A stretch of DNA of 64,000 bases, from NCBI GenBank assembly GCA_000004695.1, contig CM000155.2:736001-800000 (forward strand), read 5' to 3'. The stretch comes from Dictyostelium discoideum. Its lineage: Eukaryota. Shown here one piece after another: positions 38,830-51,452 of this stretch; positions within the stretch are counted from its first letter, which is position 1; the number at the start of each line of letters is the position of its first letter. A program made the translations under genes and the position numbers. Below the pieces are notes generated by a model, which saw only the letters and a program-made list of their open reading frames with translations, was not told where the DNA came from and ran no database searches.

Positions 38830-39773
38830 CACAATCAAAAAAAAAAAAAAAAAAAAATACAAAAAAAAAAAAAAAATTCACATGACAAAACAAATAATAA
38901 TAACTTACTAAAATTACTATAAAATAATCATATACAATCAAAATGATAAAATTAAAATCAAAAAAAAAAAAAGAAAAAGAAAAAAAAAACTAGAAAAAAA
39001 AAAAAAAAAAAAAAAAAAAAGGAAAAAAAAAAAAAAAAAAAAAAAAAACCTATAATCACTTTCCATATCAATACCTCAAATTATTCAACAACCAATTTTA
39101 AAAAAAAAAAATTCGAGACTTCTTGCTTACTTTTTTTTATCGATTAAAACGCAACAAACACCAATCAACCCCACACCTTTAACTATTACCTTATCAATAA
39201 TATGATAAACCCACATATGACAATAACTTAAATCCACCATAACAGAACCAAAAATGAAAAGTCTTATTCAAAATTGAATCAAAAAGAGGTACATTAATCC
39301 CCCACAATCATATAATCAATCAATCAACCAACACCCAAAAAAAAAAAAAAAAAAAAAACCTAATCACAAAAAAAAAAAAAAAAAAATTATTTATATAATT
39401 TGTTCTTTTTTAAGATATTTATTTTATTTTGTATAAACAGCACACAATAATTAAAACCAACAATGTTATAAAAAGTATTATAATTTTTAATCAAATTATA
39501 ATCATTTCCTTTTAATCTAATTATAACATTTGCATGCGCATAATCATACAAATAATATAAAAAAAAATAATAATAAAATAATAAAAAAAAAAAAACAAAA
39601 AAAAGACAAAACACCAAACAATAAATAAATTCAAAAAAACAAAACAAAAAAACATATCTTAAGAAATAAGATTAAGAATTTCTTTATTTTTTTTATTTTT
39701 ATTTTTCTTCTTTTAATATCTATATTTTATATTTATTTTTATTTCTTTAATAATAATTATTCTTTGTCAGATT

Positions 39774-41073
39774 TTAAAATTGTTTAAAGAATTTATTTTT
39801 ATAAAGTTTGATTAATAAAAGTGGGTGTTGTTGAGTATTTGGAAATTCGAAAATATTGAAATCAGCCTTTCTTAAACGTTCTAAAAAGTCTTCAACAACA
39901 GAGACTGATAAGAAAGCTTCAGTTGCAGGGTGTGGTATTTTACCTCTAAATTGTTTAGCTTTATCTAAATGTAATTTTGCACAACTTGCCATTTCATAGA
40001 TTGCATTTTGTAATTTTTCAATTTGAGGATCACCACGATATAATGATTCAACATTTATACCATACTTTGTGGTTAATGAAACTGGTATATAAGTTTTTCT
40101 TGAAGCAAGATGATAAACTGTACCACGAATTAATACCATTATACCAATTGCTTTACCTAAATGAGATGCACAATGTTCAACATCATGATTACCTTTTACA
40201 CCTAATCCTTCCAATGTCAATAACATTAATGATGAATGAATATCATCTGCATATTGCTCCAATTCTTCCATATCTTTAATTTGAACTTGTTGATTATCTT
40301 TTTCTCTTCTATTTAATATCTTTATAAACCATGTTTTTGTTAATTTCTTTTCTTTAATAACTTGTGCTAATACTCTTGTTAATGGTTGATCATAAACTTT
40401 ACCCTATTTTAATTATTATTAATATTATTAATATTATTTATATTTTTAATTATATATATTTATATAATCATTTAATAATTACATTATAGATATTGTTAAT
40501 TGCGTCTTTCCAAAATGATAATCTTAATCTTGATATTTTTTCAGATTTTGGTGAATGATCATTTGCAACAGTTTCAATATTGAATGCTCTAATTGCATAT
40601 GCTACTCTTCTTGCAATTGGATCACTAATTAATAAACTATTAATATAATTCTCTTTATCACAGGTTCTATTTATTTAATAATATAAAATGAGAATCGTTA
40701 GTATTTGGAAATTGAGAGAAAGAATAAAAAAAAAAAAAAAAAAACAGAAAACGAAAAAAAAAAAAAAATAAAATATAAAAAACCCCCTGTCTCCCACCCC
40801 TTTTTTTTCAACATACTTTATTCTTTCAAAAACAAAATTATAATCGGCATTACCAGCCAAATCTGAAACATCGATAGATTTTGATGATGGTGATGCTATA
40901 TTATCTTTATTTGAAATAGTTTCTGCTTTTTTTTCTACAGATTCTTTTATTGTATTATTTGTTGATGTTGAAAATAATCTAATATTACTATTAATTATAA
41001 CATTTCTATTTATTAATTTAACATTTGAATTTTTTAATGAATTAAATAAGATTCTACCACTATTTCTAATCAT
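39774..41073 (-). CDS. NDUFAF6-like (squalene/phytoene-synthase-fold) mitochondrial complex I assembly factor, 3 exons: 41073..40817, 40666..40483, 40403..39774
   Basis: Exon 1 reads MIRNSGRILFNSLKNSNVKLINRNV…LFSTST (presequence-like) …DYNFVFERIK, donor AA|GTATGT. Exon 2 reads KTCDKENYINSLLISDPIARRVAYAIRAFNIETVANDHSPKSEKISRLRLSFWKDAINNIYN; compare human …[41 protein letters not shown]. Donor GTAATT. Exon 3 reads GKVYDQPLTRVLAQVIKEKKLTKTWFIKILNRREKDN…MEELEQYADDIHSSLMLLTLEGLGVKGNHDVEHCASHLGKAIGI…; compare human …[40 protein letters not shown]…. Splice phases are consistent. Confidence 0.8.
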
Positions 41074-41239
41074 TTTAATATCTCTTTTATTTTGAAAATG
41101 ACTAAAAATAAAAAAAAAATAAAAAAAAAAAAAAAAAATAAAAAATTTGGCTTTATAAAAAAAAAAAAAACAAAAAGAAATGAAAATATTTTCATTGTTT
41201 TTAATTTTATTTTTTATTTTTTTTATTTTTTTTTTTTTT

Positions 41240-41310
41240 AAAACAATGATTTAAATATTGATTTGGTTTATTTATTATGTATACCAAATCAATATTTAAA
41301 TCATTGTTTT
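41240..41310. repeat. Perfect 28-bp inverted repeat (hairpin) with 15-nt loop
   Basis: aaaacaatgatttaaatattgatttggt | ttatttattatgtat | accaaatcaatatttaaatcattgtttt. Intergenic, about 170 bp upstream of the NDUFAF6-like ATG and about 420 bp past the stop of the convergently arranged LRR gene. Confidence 0.7.
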
Positions 41311-41728
41311 AAAAAAAAAAAAAAAAAAAAAATATGTATATTTATAATAAATAGAATACTCAAAAAAATACACAAAACAATAAAAAATATAAAAAAAATG
41401 AATGTAATAATTTTTTATTTTTTTTATTTATTTTTATTTTTGAATGCGTCTGGCACCAACCAAATGATAGAGAAAGAAAAGATTTTTCAATATCATTATT
41501 GTTAATGCCAATTATTGGAGATTTTAATTAATTTTTATTTTTTTAAAAAGCAACAAACAATAAATAACAATAGAAATTTTGTCAAAAGTTCATAAAAATT
41601 TAAAATCAAAGTCAAAAAACAAAAAAAAAATTATTTAATTAATAAACCCTAAAATTTTTTATTTATTTATTGTTTATTTATTTACATTATTTACAAATTT
41701 ATTATTATGATTTTTATTTTATATTTTT

Positions 41729-43364
41729 TTATTCACCAAATACCAATTTTGAAATTTTTTGGCTGGAATCAATTCTTTCGTAATTTCCATAATTTTTGGA
41801 AGCCGATAAAGGATAACTTTTTCTCTTTTTTGATTGTTTTGTTGGTGTTTCAACAATTGGTTCAATGATTACACTAATTTCTATATCTTCAAGTTTGATT
41901 TCACCATTTTCAGATTCTCTCTGTTTATATTCTGGACTGCAATTATATTTTGAAGGAGTATAATTACTATTATTCTTGTTATTACTTATATTTATAAAAT
42001 TGTTAATATCAATACTTAATAACTTGTTTGGTGTTATATTTTTTAATGGCGTTTGAGTTTGCTGCTGTTGTTGTGGTGATAATCTTAGTCTATGTGGTGT
42101 TTGTCTTAGTAATGGTAATTGAGGTGTCTTTTGGATTGGTGATTGGTTTGGTGTTTTTGGTTGTGTTTGTTTTGGTGTCTTTTGGATTGGTGATTGATTT
42201 GGTGTTTTTGGTTGTTGTTCTTTTGGTGTTTGTTTTGGTGTCTTTTGAATTGGTGATTGGATTGGTGTTTTTGGTTGTTGTTGTTGTTCTTCTTCTGGTG
42301 TTTGTTTTGGTGTCTTTTGAGTTGGTGATTGATTTGGTGTTTTTGGTTGTTGTTCTTCTGGTGTTTGTTTTGGTGTCTTTTGAATTGGTGATTGATTTGG
42401 TGTTTTTGGTTGTTGTTCTGGTGTTTGTTTTGGTGTCTTTTGGATTGGTGATTGAATTGATGTTTTTGGTGGTTGTTGTTGTTGTTGTTCTGGTGTTTGT
42501 TTTGGTGCCTTTTGAATTGGTGATTGAATTGGTGTTTTTGGTTGTTGTTCAAGTGTTTTTGGTTGTTCAGATATTTGTGGTTGAGGTTGTTTTGGTGTTT
42601 GTGGTTGTTGATGATTTGAAAGAGGTAAAATAATTGGTGATAGGGATTGGTTTAATTTTGGTAGTTTTAAAGGTTGCGATAGTGATTGTTGTTTTTGTTG
42701 TTGCTGTTTTTTAATCTTTTGTTTTTTTGGAGTATTATAGATTTCTTTTTCTTGATCACTAAATTCATCGTCATCATCGTCATCATCATTACAGTCGTAA
42801 ACACTAAAATCATATTTACGAGAAGGTTTTGGAGAGATTAATGGTGTTTGACTTGTTCTGAAGCCACCAGATTTCTTTATTGAAGAGTTTACTTTTAATG
42901 GTGAGAAAGCGAATTGTTGATTTAATGAAGTTGGTGATTGAGTTTGTGTTGTAGTTGTTGTTGTTGTTGTTGTTATTTTACTTGAGAATCTATTATAAAT
43001 ATTTAAATGTGAAGGTGATGAATGTACCTTTGAAATTGTTCTTTTAGTTGGTGATCTTGAGAATGGATCTTTAATTAATGGTAATTTAATACCACTACCA
43101 CTACCACCATCACCACCACCACCACCAATAAAATCATTTTCATCAAATAAATTTAATAATGGTGATTTAAATAATGGTGTTGCAGAGTTATTACCACTAC
43201 TACTATTTGTAGAAGACAATAGAGGTCTTTTAATTGGTGTTTTAAATACTTGATTATCATCAATATCATCATTGCTTATATTACTAAGATTTAATGATGA
43301 TGAAGATGATGTTTCACTATCAAAACTTGTATTTAAACTTGTATTGGTACTGTTGTTGTTATTT

Positions 43365-43412
<48 letters not shown>

Positions 43413-43520
43413 GTCAATATGACCTTAATGATTTGATCAACTGGCCAAACCTTATTATTTAATTTTAATGATTTATTGGTATCATTTTTATTATTATTAT
43501 TATCTATATCTTTTTCATTA

Positions 43521-43603
<83 letters not shown>

Positions 43604-44234
43604 GTTATTATTAATTAATTGAATAGTCATAAAATTTTGAATTATATTAATTTTACAAGTTGAAGTAGTATTTGAGGAAGCAAATTGATTTAATGCAATT
43701 TGTGTACATTTTGTATTTGATAAATAAATGGTTGATAAAGAAGGGAATTGAAGAAATATTGGTAATGATTGATTTGAAATAAAAGAATTTGATAGATTAA
43801 TTATTGATAAACTTTGAAATGGTTGAATTGAAATTGAACCACCATGATTGTAATTGTTTAATTGATTTTGAAATTGTGTACAAATGGAATGATCTGTGAA
43901 TGGAACGTTTCTAGCTACCAATTCTTTTAGTCTACTTAGTACCATTAGATATTTAAATGCTTGGTCATTTAAATTCAAATTATTCGATATATCCAATTGT
44001 TCAAGTCTTGTCATAAAACCAATATACTTTAATGATCTATTGGTAATTCTACAACAATTTGATATATCCAATTCTGTTAACTTTGGTAACCCTTTTAAAT
44101 ATTTTATACCTTTATCTTCTAATTTATTTGAATTTGATAAATTTAAAAATCTAATTGTTTTAATTCCTTTTAAAAATAAAAATAAAAATAAAAATAAAAA
44201 TAAAATATATTAATATATAAAGTAAAAGTGAATG

Positions 44235-44324
<90 letters not shown>

Positions 44325-44773
44325 TTAGGTATAAACTTACTTGAAATGTTTAAACAATGATTATTTGAAACAAAATTTGATTTTAAATCTAAAAATGTTA
44401 TAAAATGAAGAGGTATTGATAATGAAAGTTGATAAAGTATATCAACACTTAATTTATTTCTTTCAATTAATGCTTTAATTAATGTGTTATAAAATTTAAT
44501 TTTATTATTATTATTATTTTTATTATTTTTATTTTTAGTTATTGTAGAGATTTCATATAATTTTGAAAGTGGTGCATCTTCACTTCTATTAATACTTTCA
44601 AAACTATTGTCATTATAATATTCTTCATCATCATCATCTTCACCATTTTCATTATCATTTAAATTATTATTATTATTATTATTATAATCTGTGATATTTT
44701 CTAAAAAATATTCATCATTAGTTTTTACAAATGAATTGATTCTATCTAAACAGAGATTAAATAATGAATTCAT
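41729..44773 (-). CDS. LRR protein (cysteine-containing FBXL-type LRRs) with poly-Asn tracts and C-terminal tandem P/Q/K/T repeats; 2 exons (44773..44341, 44166..41729), ~956 aa
   Basis: Exon 1 reads MNSLFNLCLDRINSFVKTNDEYF…HCLNISS, donor A|GTAAGT at 44340. The intron contains (AT)n. Acceptor tttaaaAG at 44167-68. Exon 2 reads RIKTIRFLNLSNSNKLEDKGIKYLKGLPKLTELDISNCCRITNRSLKYIGFMTRLEQLDISNNLNLNDQAFKYL…. Splice phases are consistent. The C-terminal half has about 8 repeats of ~21 aa (…QSPIQKTPKQTPEEQQPKTPN…). Confidence 0.65.
42110..42550. repeat. Tandem ~60-66-nt coding repeats (imperfect, ~8 units) within the LRR gene
   Basis: The unit ggtgtcttttggattggtgattggtttggtgtttttggttgttgttc… recurs. 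It generates periodic shadow ORFs on both strands (42028..42633 +, 42106..42552 -). Confidence 0.75.
44229..44319. repeat. (AT)n microsatellite in intron of LRR gene
   Basis: About 45 AT dinucleotides. Confidence 0.95.
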
Positions 44774-45003
44774 TATTGCTTTATGAACTTTTTTTTTAAT
44801 TAAAATTAAAATAAAAAAATAAAAAAAAAAAATTATTTTTATTTTTTTGTGAAAAAATAAGAAAAAAGAAAAAAAAAAAAAAAAAAAAAGAAAAAAAGTG
44901 GCGCCAATTAAAAAAGTTGTTTATAATAATTTTAAAATATTTGGCGCCAAAGTAAGATTTTTAAAATGTTAAAAAATAAAATTAAAATATATTTTTTTAT
45001 TTT

Positions 45004-45049
45004 TGTTGTTTTTGTTTTTGTTTTTGTTTTTGTTTTTGTTTTTGTTTTT
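45004..45049. repeat. (TTTTTG)n hexanucleotide repeat
   Basis: About 7 tandem units just downstream of the 45062..47638 gene. Confidence 0.85.
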
Positions 45050-45061
45050 TTTTATAATATA

Positions 45062-47638
45062 TTATTTAATAAAATCAATTAAAAAATTAATTTTAAATTC
45101 TTTTAATAAAAATGAATTATTATAAACAACATTATTTTTAATATAAACATTATTTGGAATTGTAAAACCATTTTTAATTGCATTACAAATTAAATCTTTA
45201 AATTGATTTAACATAAAATCAACGATTTCCAAATTTGTATTATCAATAGCTATAACAAATAATTGGAATAATTCTTTTTCACAATCAGTATAAACCCAAA
45301 TGAAATTTTTAGTTAAATATTTTAAAATTTCTAAATTTCCATTATAAACTGAAACTAAAAAGAATTTTCTAATCTCTGATATAATACCTTGAGAGATTGA
45401 AGTCATTCTCGAACCTGGTATAAACAAGTGTGATAATAAATGTGAAACAATTTCAATTTCACCTCTTTTAATAATATAATCTAGTAAGGAATAAACCACT
45501 AAATTTAATCCATGTTTTTTAATTAATTGATCAATTATTAATTTCTTATTCAAAATATATTCAACAACATTGCAATCACCATTACCATATTGATAAATAC
45601 AAATTAAGACATCAACAATCTCGGATTTATATCTATTATTATTAATATAATCAGGTCTATTATTTAATAAATAATGAATTTGTTTCAATTGATTTATTTT
45701 TAAAATATTTGATGGTGTGGAATATGAAAATTTAAAAGAATTTCTTGAATTTTTATGAGTATTTTCAACCAACCATATGAAATCATCAATTGATAAATCC
45801 ACTGGTAAATTATTCCAAATGTCTTGTATTATCGTATCGGTTTGTCTATCGGTATGATAATCTGTGAAATCATTCCAATTTGAAAAAATGAATTTTGAAG
45901 AATTTAATAATTTCACGGTATCAATACCATAGATAATAAAAGATAAATTAACCAATGATGTACTAATACACATTTGATATTCCTTTGGATAACTATTTTT
46001 AAAATGAAATGCTAAATGTGGTTGATATTTTAAAAATTTATGAAACAATTGTTGAATTTGTAAATCCACTGTAATGATTTCATTTTTATCATTTATCCTT
46101 TGTTTTATTGGGAATTTCTTAAACAATAAATCAAATACTTTTGGTGACTGGATTTTAATTGAAATTTTATTAACATCAAATACATTGAAAAATTTATATA
46201 GGTTACCACAACTACCTTTACCAATTAATAAATCAACAACTAATTGTAAATAATTGAAATTATCAATATTTATACAATAAAGTATAGTTTGAGTATTTAT
46301 TAAATATTTTTGATATTTATCAGTTATTTCATTTTTTGAATATTCACAAACTGCTTTCAAGAAATCTAATTGTTTTTCTTCTTCTTGTGGACAATATTCA
46401 AATATTTTAAATTGGACATTCTTTGAACATTTATGATTGAAACATGATACTTCACCATTTTTTAATATTAAATCTTCCTTTTTAAAAATACCAAATCTAT
46501 AAGATTTAAATAATAATGGTGATAAATTTGGTGAAATAAAAGATAGTCCTGTTGATGACAAGGATTGATGATGAAAGTATTTAGATTTATAAAATAAAAA
46601 ACTTTCAAACATACATTTTTCACCTTTTTTTCTATTAAAAATAATTAACATATTATATAATTTTCTAATCATATCATTTGATGATGGGAATTTATAAATT
46701 TCTAATTTTAAATTATTTTCATCATCATCATTAAAACAAAGTTTACATTTAATTTCATCCAATTCTTCAACTGATAATAATATATATTTTTCATTTAATA
46801 ATTGTTCAACCATAATTGAATTTTCACCTTTTAATTCATTTCTAATTAATGTTACATTTTCAATATTTGTTTGAAAATCATTAATATATTCTTGAATATA
46901 TGATTTTAAATAAATTATTGAATAACAACAATCCAATATTAATTTTAAAGGTTGTCTATAAATTTGAAAACTAAATAATCTACCACATGATAATAAAAGT
47001 GGATTGTTTTGTTGAATTTTTAATTTATTAATAAAGAAATCCAATGATTTACTTAAATCTTCATCTAACGGATTTAAAATTATTTTTGTAAATAAATTAC
47101 TAAGTTTATATGACCGGATTTCATTCTCTTTTAATGATAATAAATAAGCTGCAACTTGATATGACCCAATTTCAATTGAACTTTCAATTATACTATAATT
47201 AAATTGATGATTATACTCTTCAACCAATACTTGTATCAATGCAACATTATCAAATTCAATTGCAATCTTTTCCAAAAATGATGAATTCTTTTCAGTTGGT
47301 TTAAAATAATTTGGATAATTTAATAATAATTTTGAATAAAATATTTTATCATTTTTAAAATAATCAAATAAACATTTTTTTTTAATTTCTTTTAAAATTG
47401 ATCCTTTAAATACTAAATAACTACCTTCAATCACTTTCCACCATAAAAGGTATTGATAATTAAAATTTAATAACCATTCAACTTCAATAATTTGATTATA
47501 TTGAAAAACTCCAAATTTCATTGGTTCAATTATTTTAATATTTTTAAATATTAAATTTCTAATAAAACAATTTCTAAAAATAGACCAAAAATTATTTTCA
47601 TTTTCTCCATTATCTTTATAATTTTTTTTATTATTCAT
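45062..47638 (-). CDS. Hypothetical 858-aa protein. Possible ankyrin-like repeats near the C-terminus; no firm family.
   Basis: Uninterrupted ORF with an upstream A/T promoter-like tract. C-terminal segments look ANK-like (YIIKRGEIEIVSHLLSHL, VYNGNLEILKYLTKN, IAIDNTNLEIVDFMLNQ). The N-terminus FWSIFRNCFIRNLIFKNI is hydrophobic and periodic. All of this is weak. Confidence 0.55.
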   Translation of the reverse strand: MNNKKNYKDNGENENNFWSIFRNCFIRNLIFKNIKIIEPMKFGVFQYNQIIEVEWLLNFNYQYLLWWKVIEGSYLVFKGSILKEIKKKCLFDYFKNDKIFYSKLLLNYPNYFKPTEKNSSFLEKIAIEFDNVALIQVLVEEYNHQFNYSIIESSIEIGSYQVAAYLLSLKENEIRSYKLSNLFTKIILNPLDEDLSKSLDFFINKLKIQQNNPLLLSCGRLFSFQIYRQPLKLILDCCYSIIYLKSYIQEYINDFQTNIENVTLIRNELKGENSIMVEQLLNEKYILLSVEELDEIKCKLCFNDDDENNLKLEIYKFPSSNDMIRKLYNMLIIFNRKKGEKCMFESFLFYKSKYFHHQSLSSTGLSFISPNLSPLLFKSYRFGIFKKEDLILKNGEVSCFNHKCSKNVQFKIFEYCPQEEEKQLDFLKAVCEYSKNEITDKYQKYLINTQTILYCINIDNFNYLQLVVDLLIGKGSCGNLYKFFNVFDVNKISIKIQSPKVFDLLFKKFPIKQRINDKNEIITVDLQIQQLFHKFLKYQPHLAFHFKNSYPKEYQMCISTSLVNLSFIIYGIDTVKLLNSSKFIFSNWNDFTDYHTDRQTDTIIQDIWNNLPVDLSIDDFIWLVENTHKNSRNSFKFSYSTPSNILKINQLKQIHYLLNNRPDYINNNRYKSEIVDVLICIYQYGNGDCNVVEYILNKKLIIDQLIKKHGLNLVVYSLLDYIIKRGEIEIVSHLLSHLFIPGSRMTSISQGIISEIRKFFLVSVYNGNLEILKYLTKNFIWVYTDCEKELFQLFVIAIDNTNLEIVDFMLNQFKDLICNAIKNGFTIPNNVYIKNNVVYNNSFLLKEFKINFLIDFIK

Positions 47639-48432
47639 TTTTTTTTTTTTTTTTTTTAATTATTTATTATTTTAAAAATAATAATAATATAAATAATAAA
47701 GATATATATATATGAAAGTTGAGAGTTTTGTTTTTACCCTTTATAATAATAATTATTTTTTTTTTTTGGTGTTTTTTTTTGGGGGCCAAGAATAAAAAAT
47801 TAAAAAAAAAAAATTAACTTGCTATTATTATTATTATTATTAAAAAACAAAAATAAAAATTAAAAAATAAAAATAATAATGATGGATGTGTGTGGTATTA
47901 TTACAATTTTTCTCAATAAATCAAAAAAATGCTTGTGGTGTGTTTTTTTTTTTTTTTTTTTCTAATTTGAGATATATGGGTTTTTTATTTTTTTTTTTTA
48001 TTCAAAAATGTAAAATCAAACACAACCACCTTTTTTTTTTTTTTTAATTATTTTTATTATTTTTTTTTTTTATTTATTTGGGAGTTAAAAAAATAAGAAT
48101 AGTAATTAGAAAATTATAAATCATTAGATCCGGATAAGACCTATTTTTTATTTTTTATTTTTTATTTTTTTTTTTTCAATATATTTTAAACTGAAGGTAA
48201 TGGGAAAAATAATCTTTTTTTTATTTTAATTTTATTAAATTCCAAAAAAAAAAAAAAAATTAAAAATCAAGATACTTTTTTATTTGATTTTTTTTTTTAT
48301 TTTTTTATTTTTTTATTTTTAATTTTTTTAATTAATTGTTGGTTTAACAACATTCTTTAAAACTCTTCTAATATCACGAACTAGGATTAAATTATTATTA
48401 TTTTTTTTTTTTTTTAAAAAAAAGATTAGAAA

Positions 48433-48445
48433 TTAGATCTTTGGA

Positions 48446-48478
<33 letters not shown>

Positions 48479-50499
48479 ACAAAAATATACTTACTTTTAT
48501 GAGCAAAATGTTGAATATTAGTTTGTTTATTTTGTTTAAAATCAATTTGATAAGCCCAAGCACCAGATTTAACAGAACGAACATCAGTATATGGATTAGT
48601 TAACCATTCTTGATAAGCTTCTTCTACTACTTTACTAGCATCATTATCATAGTCATTCCAAGTTCCATGTAAATATTGCCATACTGGGACTTCCTTTGGT
48701 TTTTCAATTTCACCAGAAACTTCAACACCTAAACGGAAACGATGATCTAAAGCCAATAACCAAACGCAACAATTCTTTACATAACGACCAGTACCAGCGG
48801 AAAAGAATTGAGCAAACAATTTAGTGAAACCACTATCAATGACAACACGACCACAATTTGCGTCGACTTTAGTTGGATCGGTTGAACTGACCAACATGAT
48901 TTTATTACCTTGGGAAGAGGAGGCTAAAACCTCCAATTTTCCATTGGCAGGGGTGATATCAGCGAATGAGGAGATGGTGACACCTTCGTAGAGATTAACG
49001 ATACCACTGGTAACCAAATGGCTTGAGAAATGTTGTTTATCCAAACCATTACCAAGTGTAAGGTCTTGTTTACCTGGTTCGTTACCATCGGCAACTACAC
49101 CATATAATCTCTTTGTCACCCAATTACCTTGTAAAATATATGGTGCATTGTCATTCCAAATGAATAAACCTTTACCAACCTTATGATATTCTTCAACTTT
49201 ATCAGCAAACTCTTGTTCAGTTGTACTATTATCATTGACATAACCAGAGATAATCAATGCAATATCAGATTGTGGTAACTTGTTAATGAAATCCTTTTGA
49301 GTGAGTGCTTCAACGATTTGGAAACCTTTGGATTTCAAATCTTTAATACATTCAAGGTCTGATGCACTGTAGAATCTACCAATGAGGATTGTAAATTGTG
49401 TGAATGCACCTTCAACACCTAAATCATGTTCAACACCTTTTGGATTTGAATATTGATCAAGTTCAACATTGGTATTAATATGTGTACCTGCATTCTCTGT
49501 ATAATAATGAACAATACTTGATCCTTTTTTAATTGGTTGAAAGAATGATGGTTGTTTCATTACTGATTTTGGTGGTGCAGTAGTGGCAGTGGTGGTAGTG
49601 GCGGTGGCAGTGGTAGCAGCAGCAGTGGTGGTGGTTGCAGCAGCAGTGGTGGTGGCTTTTTTAGTTGATTTCTTTGATTTTGGTTTAGCATTTGCTGCTC
49701 TTTTCTTTGGAGTACCATCTTCTTTTTCTTCATCAGTATCACCACCTTCATTTTCTTCTTCATCATCATCTGATTCACCTAATAAACCCAATGTCTTTGC
49801 TTTTTCCATTGCTTTCTTTTGCATGTATCTAACAAATTCATCCATTTCAATTGTACCATTACCATTTTCATCACATTCATTTAAAATTTTATCAATTCTT
49901 CTTGTTAATGGTCTTTTACCCATAGCACGAATAACAGCTAAAAATAAAAAAATACACATACACATATATTAGTATTTTTTTAAAAAAAAATAATAAATAA
50001 ATAAAAAAATAAATAAATAATTACATTTTAATTCATCAGCACCAATAGTTTTACCATTTCTAGAGAATAATCTAAAAATCATTTCTAATTGTTGTTCAGT
50101 TGGACCAGTGTAATCATTACCAAGTAAATTAAATAAAGAAGCTTGTCTTTGTTTAGTATTTGAAATTAAATCTAAAGCTTCTCTAGCCTTCTTTCTAATT
50201 CTAGTTTCAATATATTTTGGTGGTTGAGTAGTATCAACTTCTTTTCTTTTATTGTTTGGTGGTGAGTTGGTTGAAACTGTTGTTGATGTAGTTGTGTTAG
50301 CAGCTGCAGTTGTAGTTTGACCATTTGATGATGTACTTTCAGTGGATGAAGTAGTTGGTGCAGTGGTTGTTGATGTTGAAGCTGAAGTATTATCAGTTGA
50401 TGTTGATGTTGATGTTGATGTAGTATTAGTAGCAGTGTTAGTGGCTTCAGTTGCTACATCTGTGTTTGTGATTGATTCAATATTTTGTTGTTCTGTTGA

Positions 50500-50502
<3 letters not shown>
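48433..50502 (-). CDS. EF-hand pair + central unknown domain + C-terminal WWE domain protein; 2 exons (50502..50025, 49937..48433), ~660 aa
   Basis: Exon 1 is a Thr/Ser-rich N-terminus, then …QLEMIFRLFSRNGKTIGADELK, donor T|GTAATT at 50024. Acceptor ttttAG at 49938-39. Exon 2 reads SVIRAMGKRPLTRRIDKILNECDENGNGTIEMDEFVRYMQ, a canonical DxNxNGxI…E EF-loop. A poly-Thr/Ala linker follows, then a ~280-aa region of unknown fold. The C-terminus reads VWQYLHGTWNDYDNDASKVVEEAYQEWLTNPYTDVRSVKSGAWAYQIDFKQNKQTNIQHFAHK, the WWE signature (W…W…Y…IDF…Q.N). Splice phases are consistent. Confidence 0.7.
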
Positions 50503-50530
<28 letters not shown>

Positions 50531-50700
50531 CAAAAATAAATTACTATTATCTGTTTATTTAAAAAAAAAAAATAACCGTTATGAAATTATATAATATATT
50601 TTTAGAATAAAGAGAAAAAAAAATAATGAAAATAAAAAAAAAAAAAATTATGAAAATAAAAAACAGTTAAGATATTTTTTTTTATGATTATAATAATATT

Positions 50701-50742
<42 letters not shown>

Positions 50743-50834
50743 TTTCAAAAAAATCATATTTTCCCAGAAACCAAGGGTTTTGTTTAAAATTTCAATAAAA
50801 TAATTTTGGTTGGGGCTCAAAAATAATATTCTGG

Positions 50835-50915
<81 letters not shown>

Positions 50916-51014
50916 CAATAGTTTATTGTTTACTTTATTTTTTTGCTTTTTTTTTATTTTTTTTATTTTTTTTTTATTTTTTTTCCAGGATTTTATATTA
51001 TTTTCTTTTCTTTT

Positions 51015-51415
51015 TTATAGTTGATGAACAGTCGAAGATTTTTCTTCCTTTTTAGCGATAATTACAACTACACCATCCCTTTTACCAACGGTTGAAGCAG
51101 CTATTGGAGAGGATAATCTAATAACCTTTGAAAAATGACCTTCTTGAATATCAGTTTGTCTACAATTTACTTGAGTATTTGGTACAGAGATTTCTGAACC
51201 GTTTGGAATTTGAATAGTATCTGGTAATGAGATAATACCTTCTAAAATGATATCCATTTGATTGACAGTGATTTTTAAAGCATTTGGTTTATAGAATGGT
51301 ATAAAAGCATAGATTATAAATGATTCACTAGTTTCAGTTACATTAACAGGAATACTATTCTGTTTAAAAAAGTTTACACAACTATTACCACCAATAGTAT
51401 TATTTTGTTTGTTTA

Positions 51416-51452
<37 letters not shown>

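Noticed and set aside
42028-42633. ORFs 42028..42633 + (VLV-rich) and 42106..42552 - (NKHQ-rich)
   Set aside because: Frame and strand shadows of the tandem 63-nt repeats inside the real minus-strand LRR gene (41729..44166 exon).
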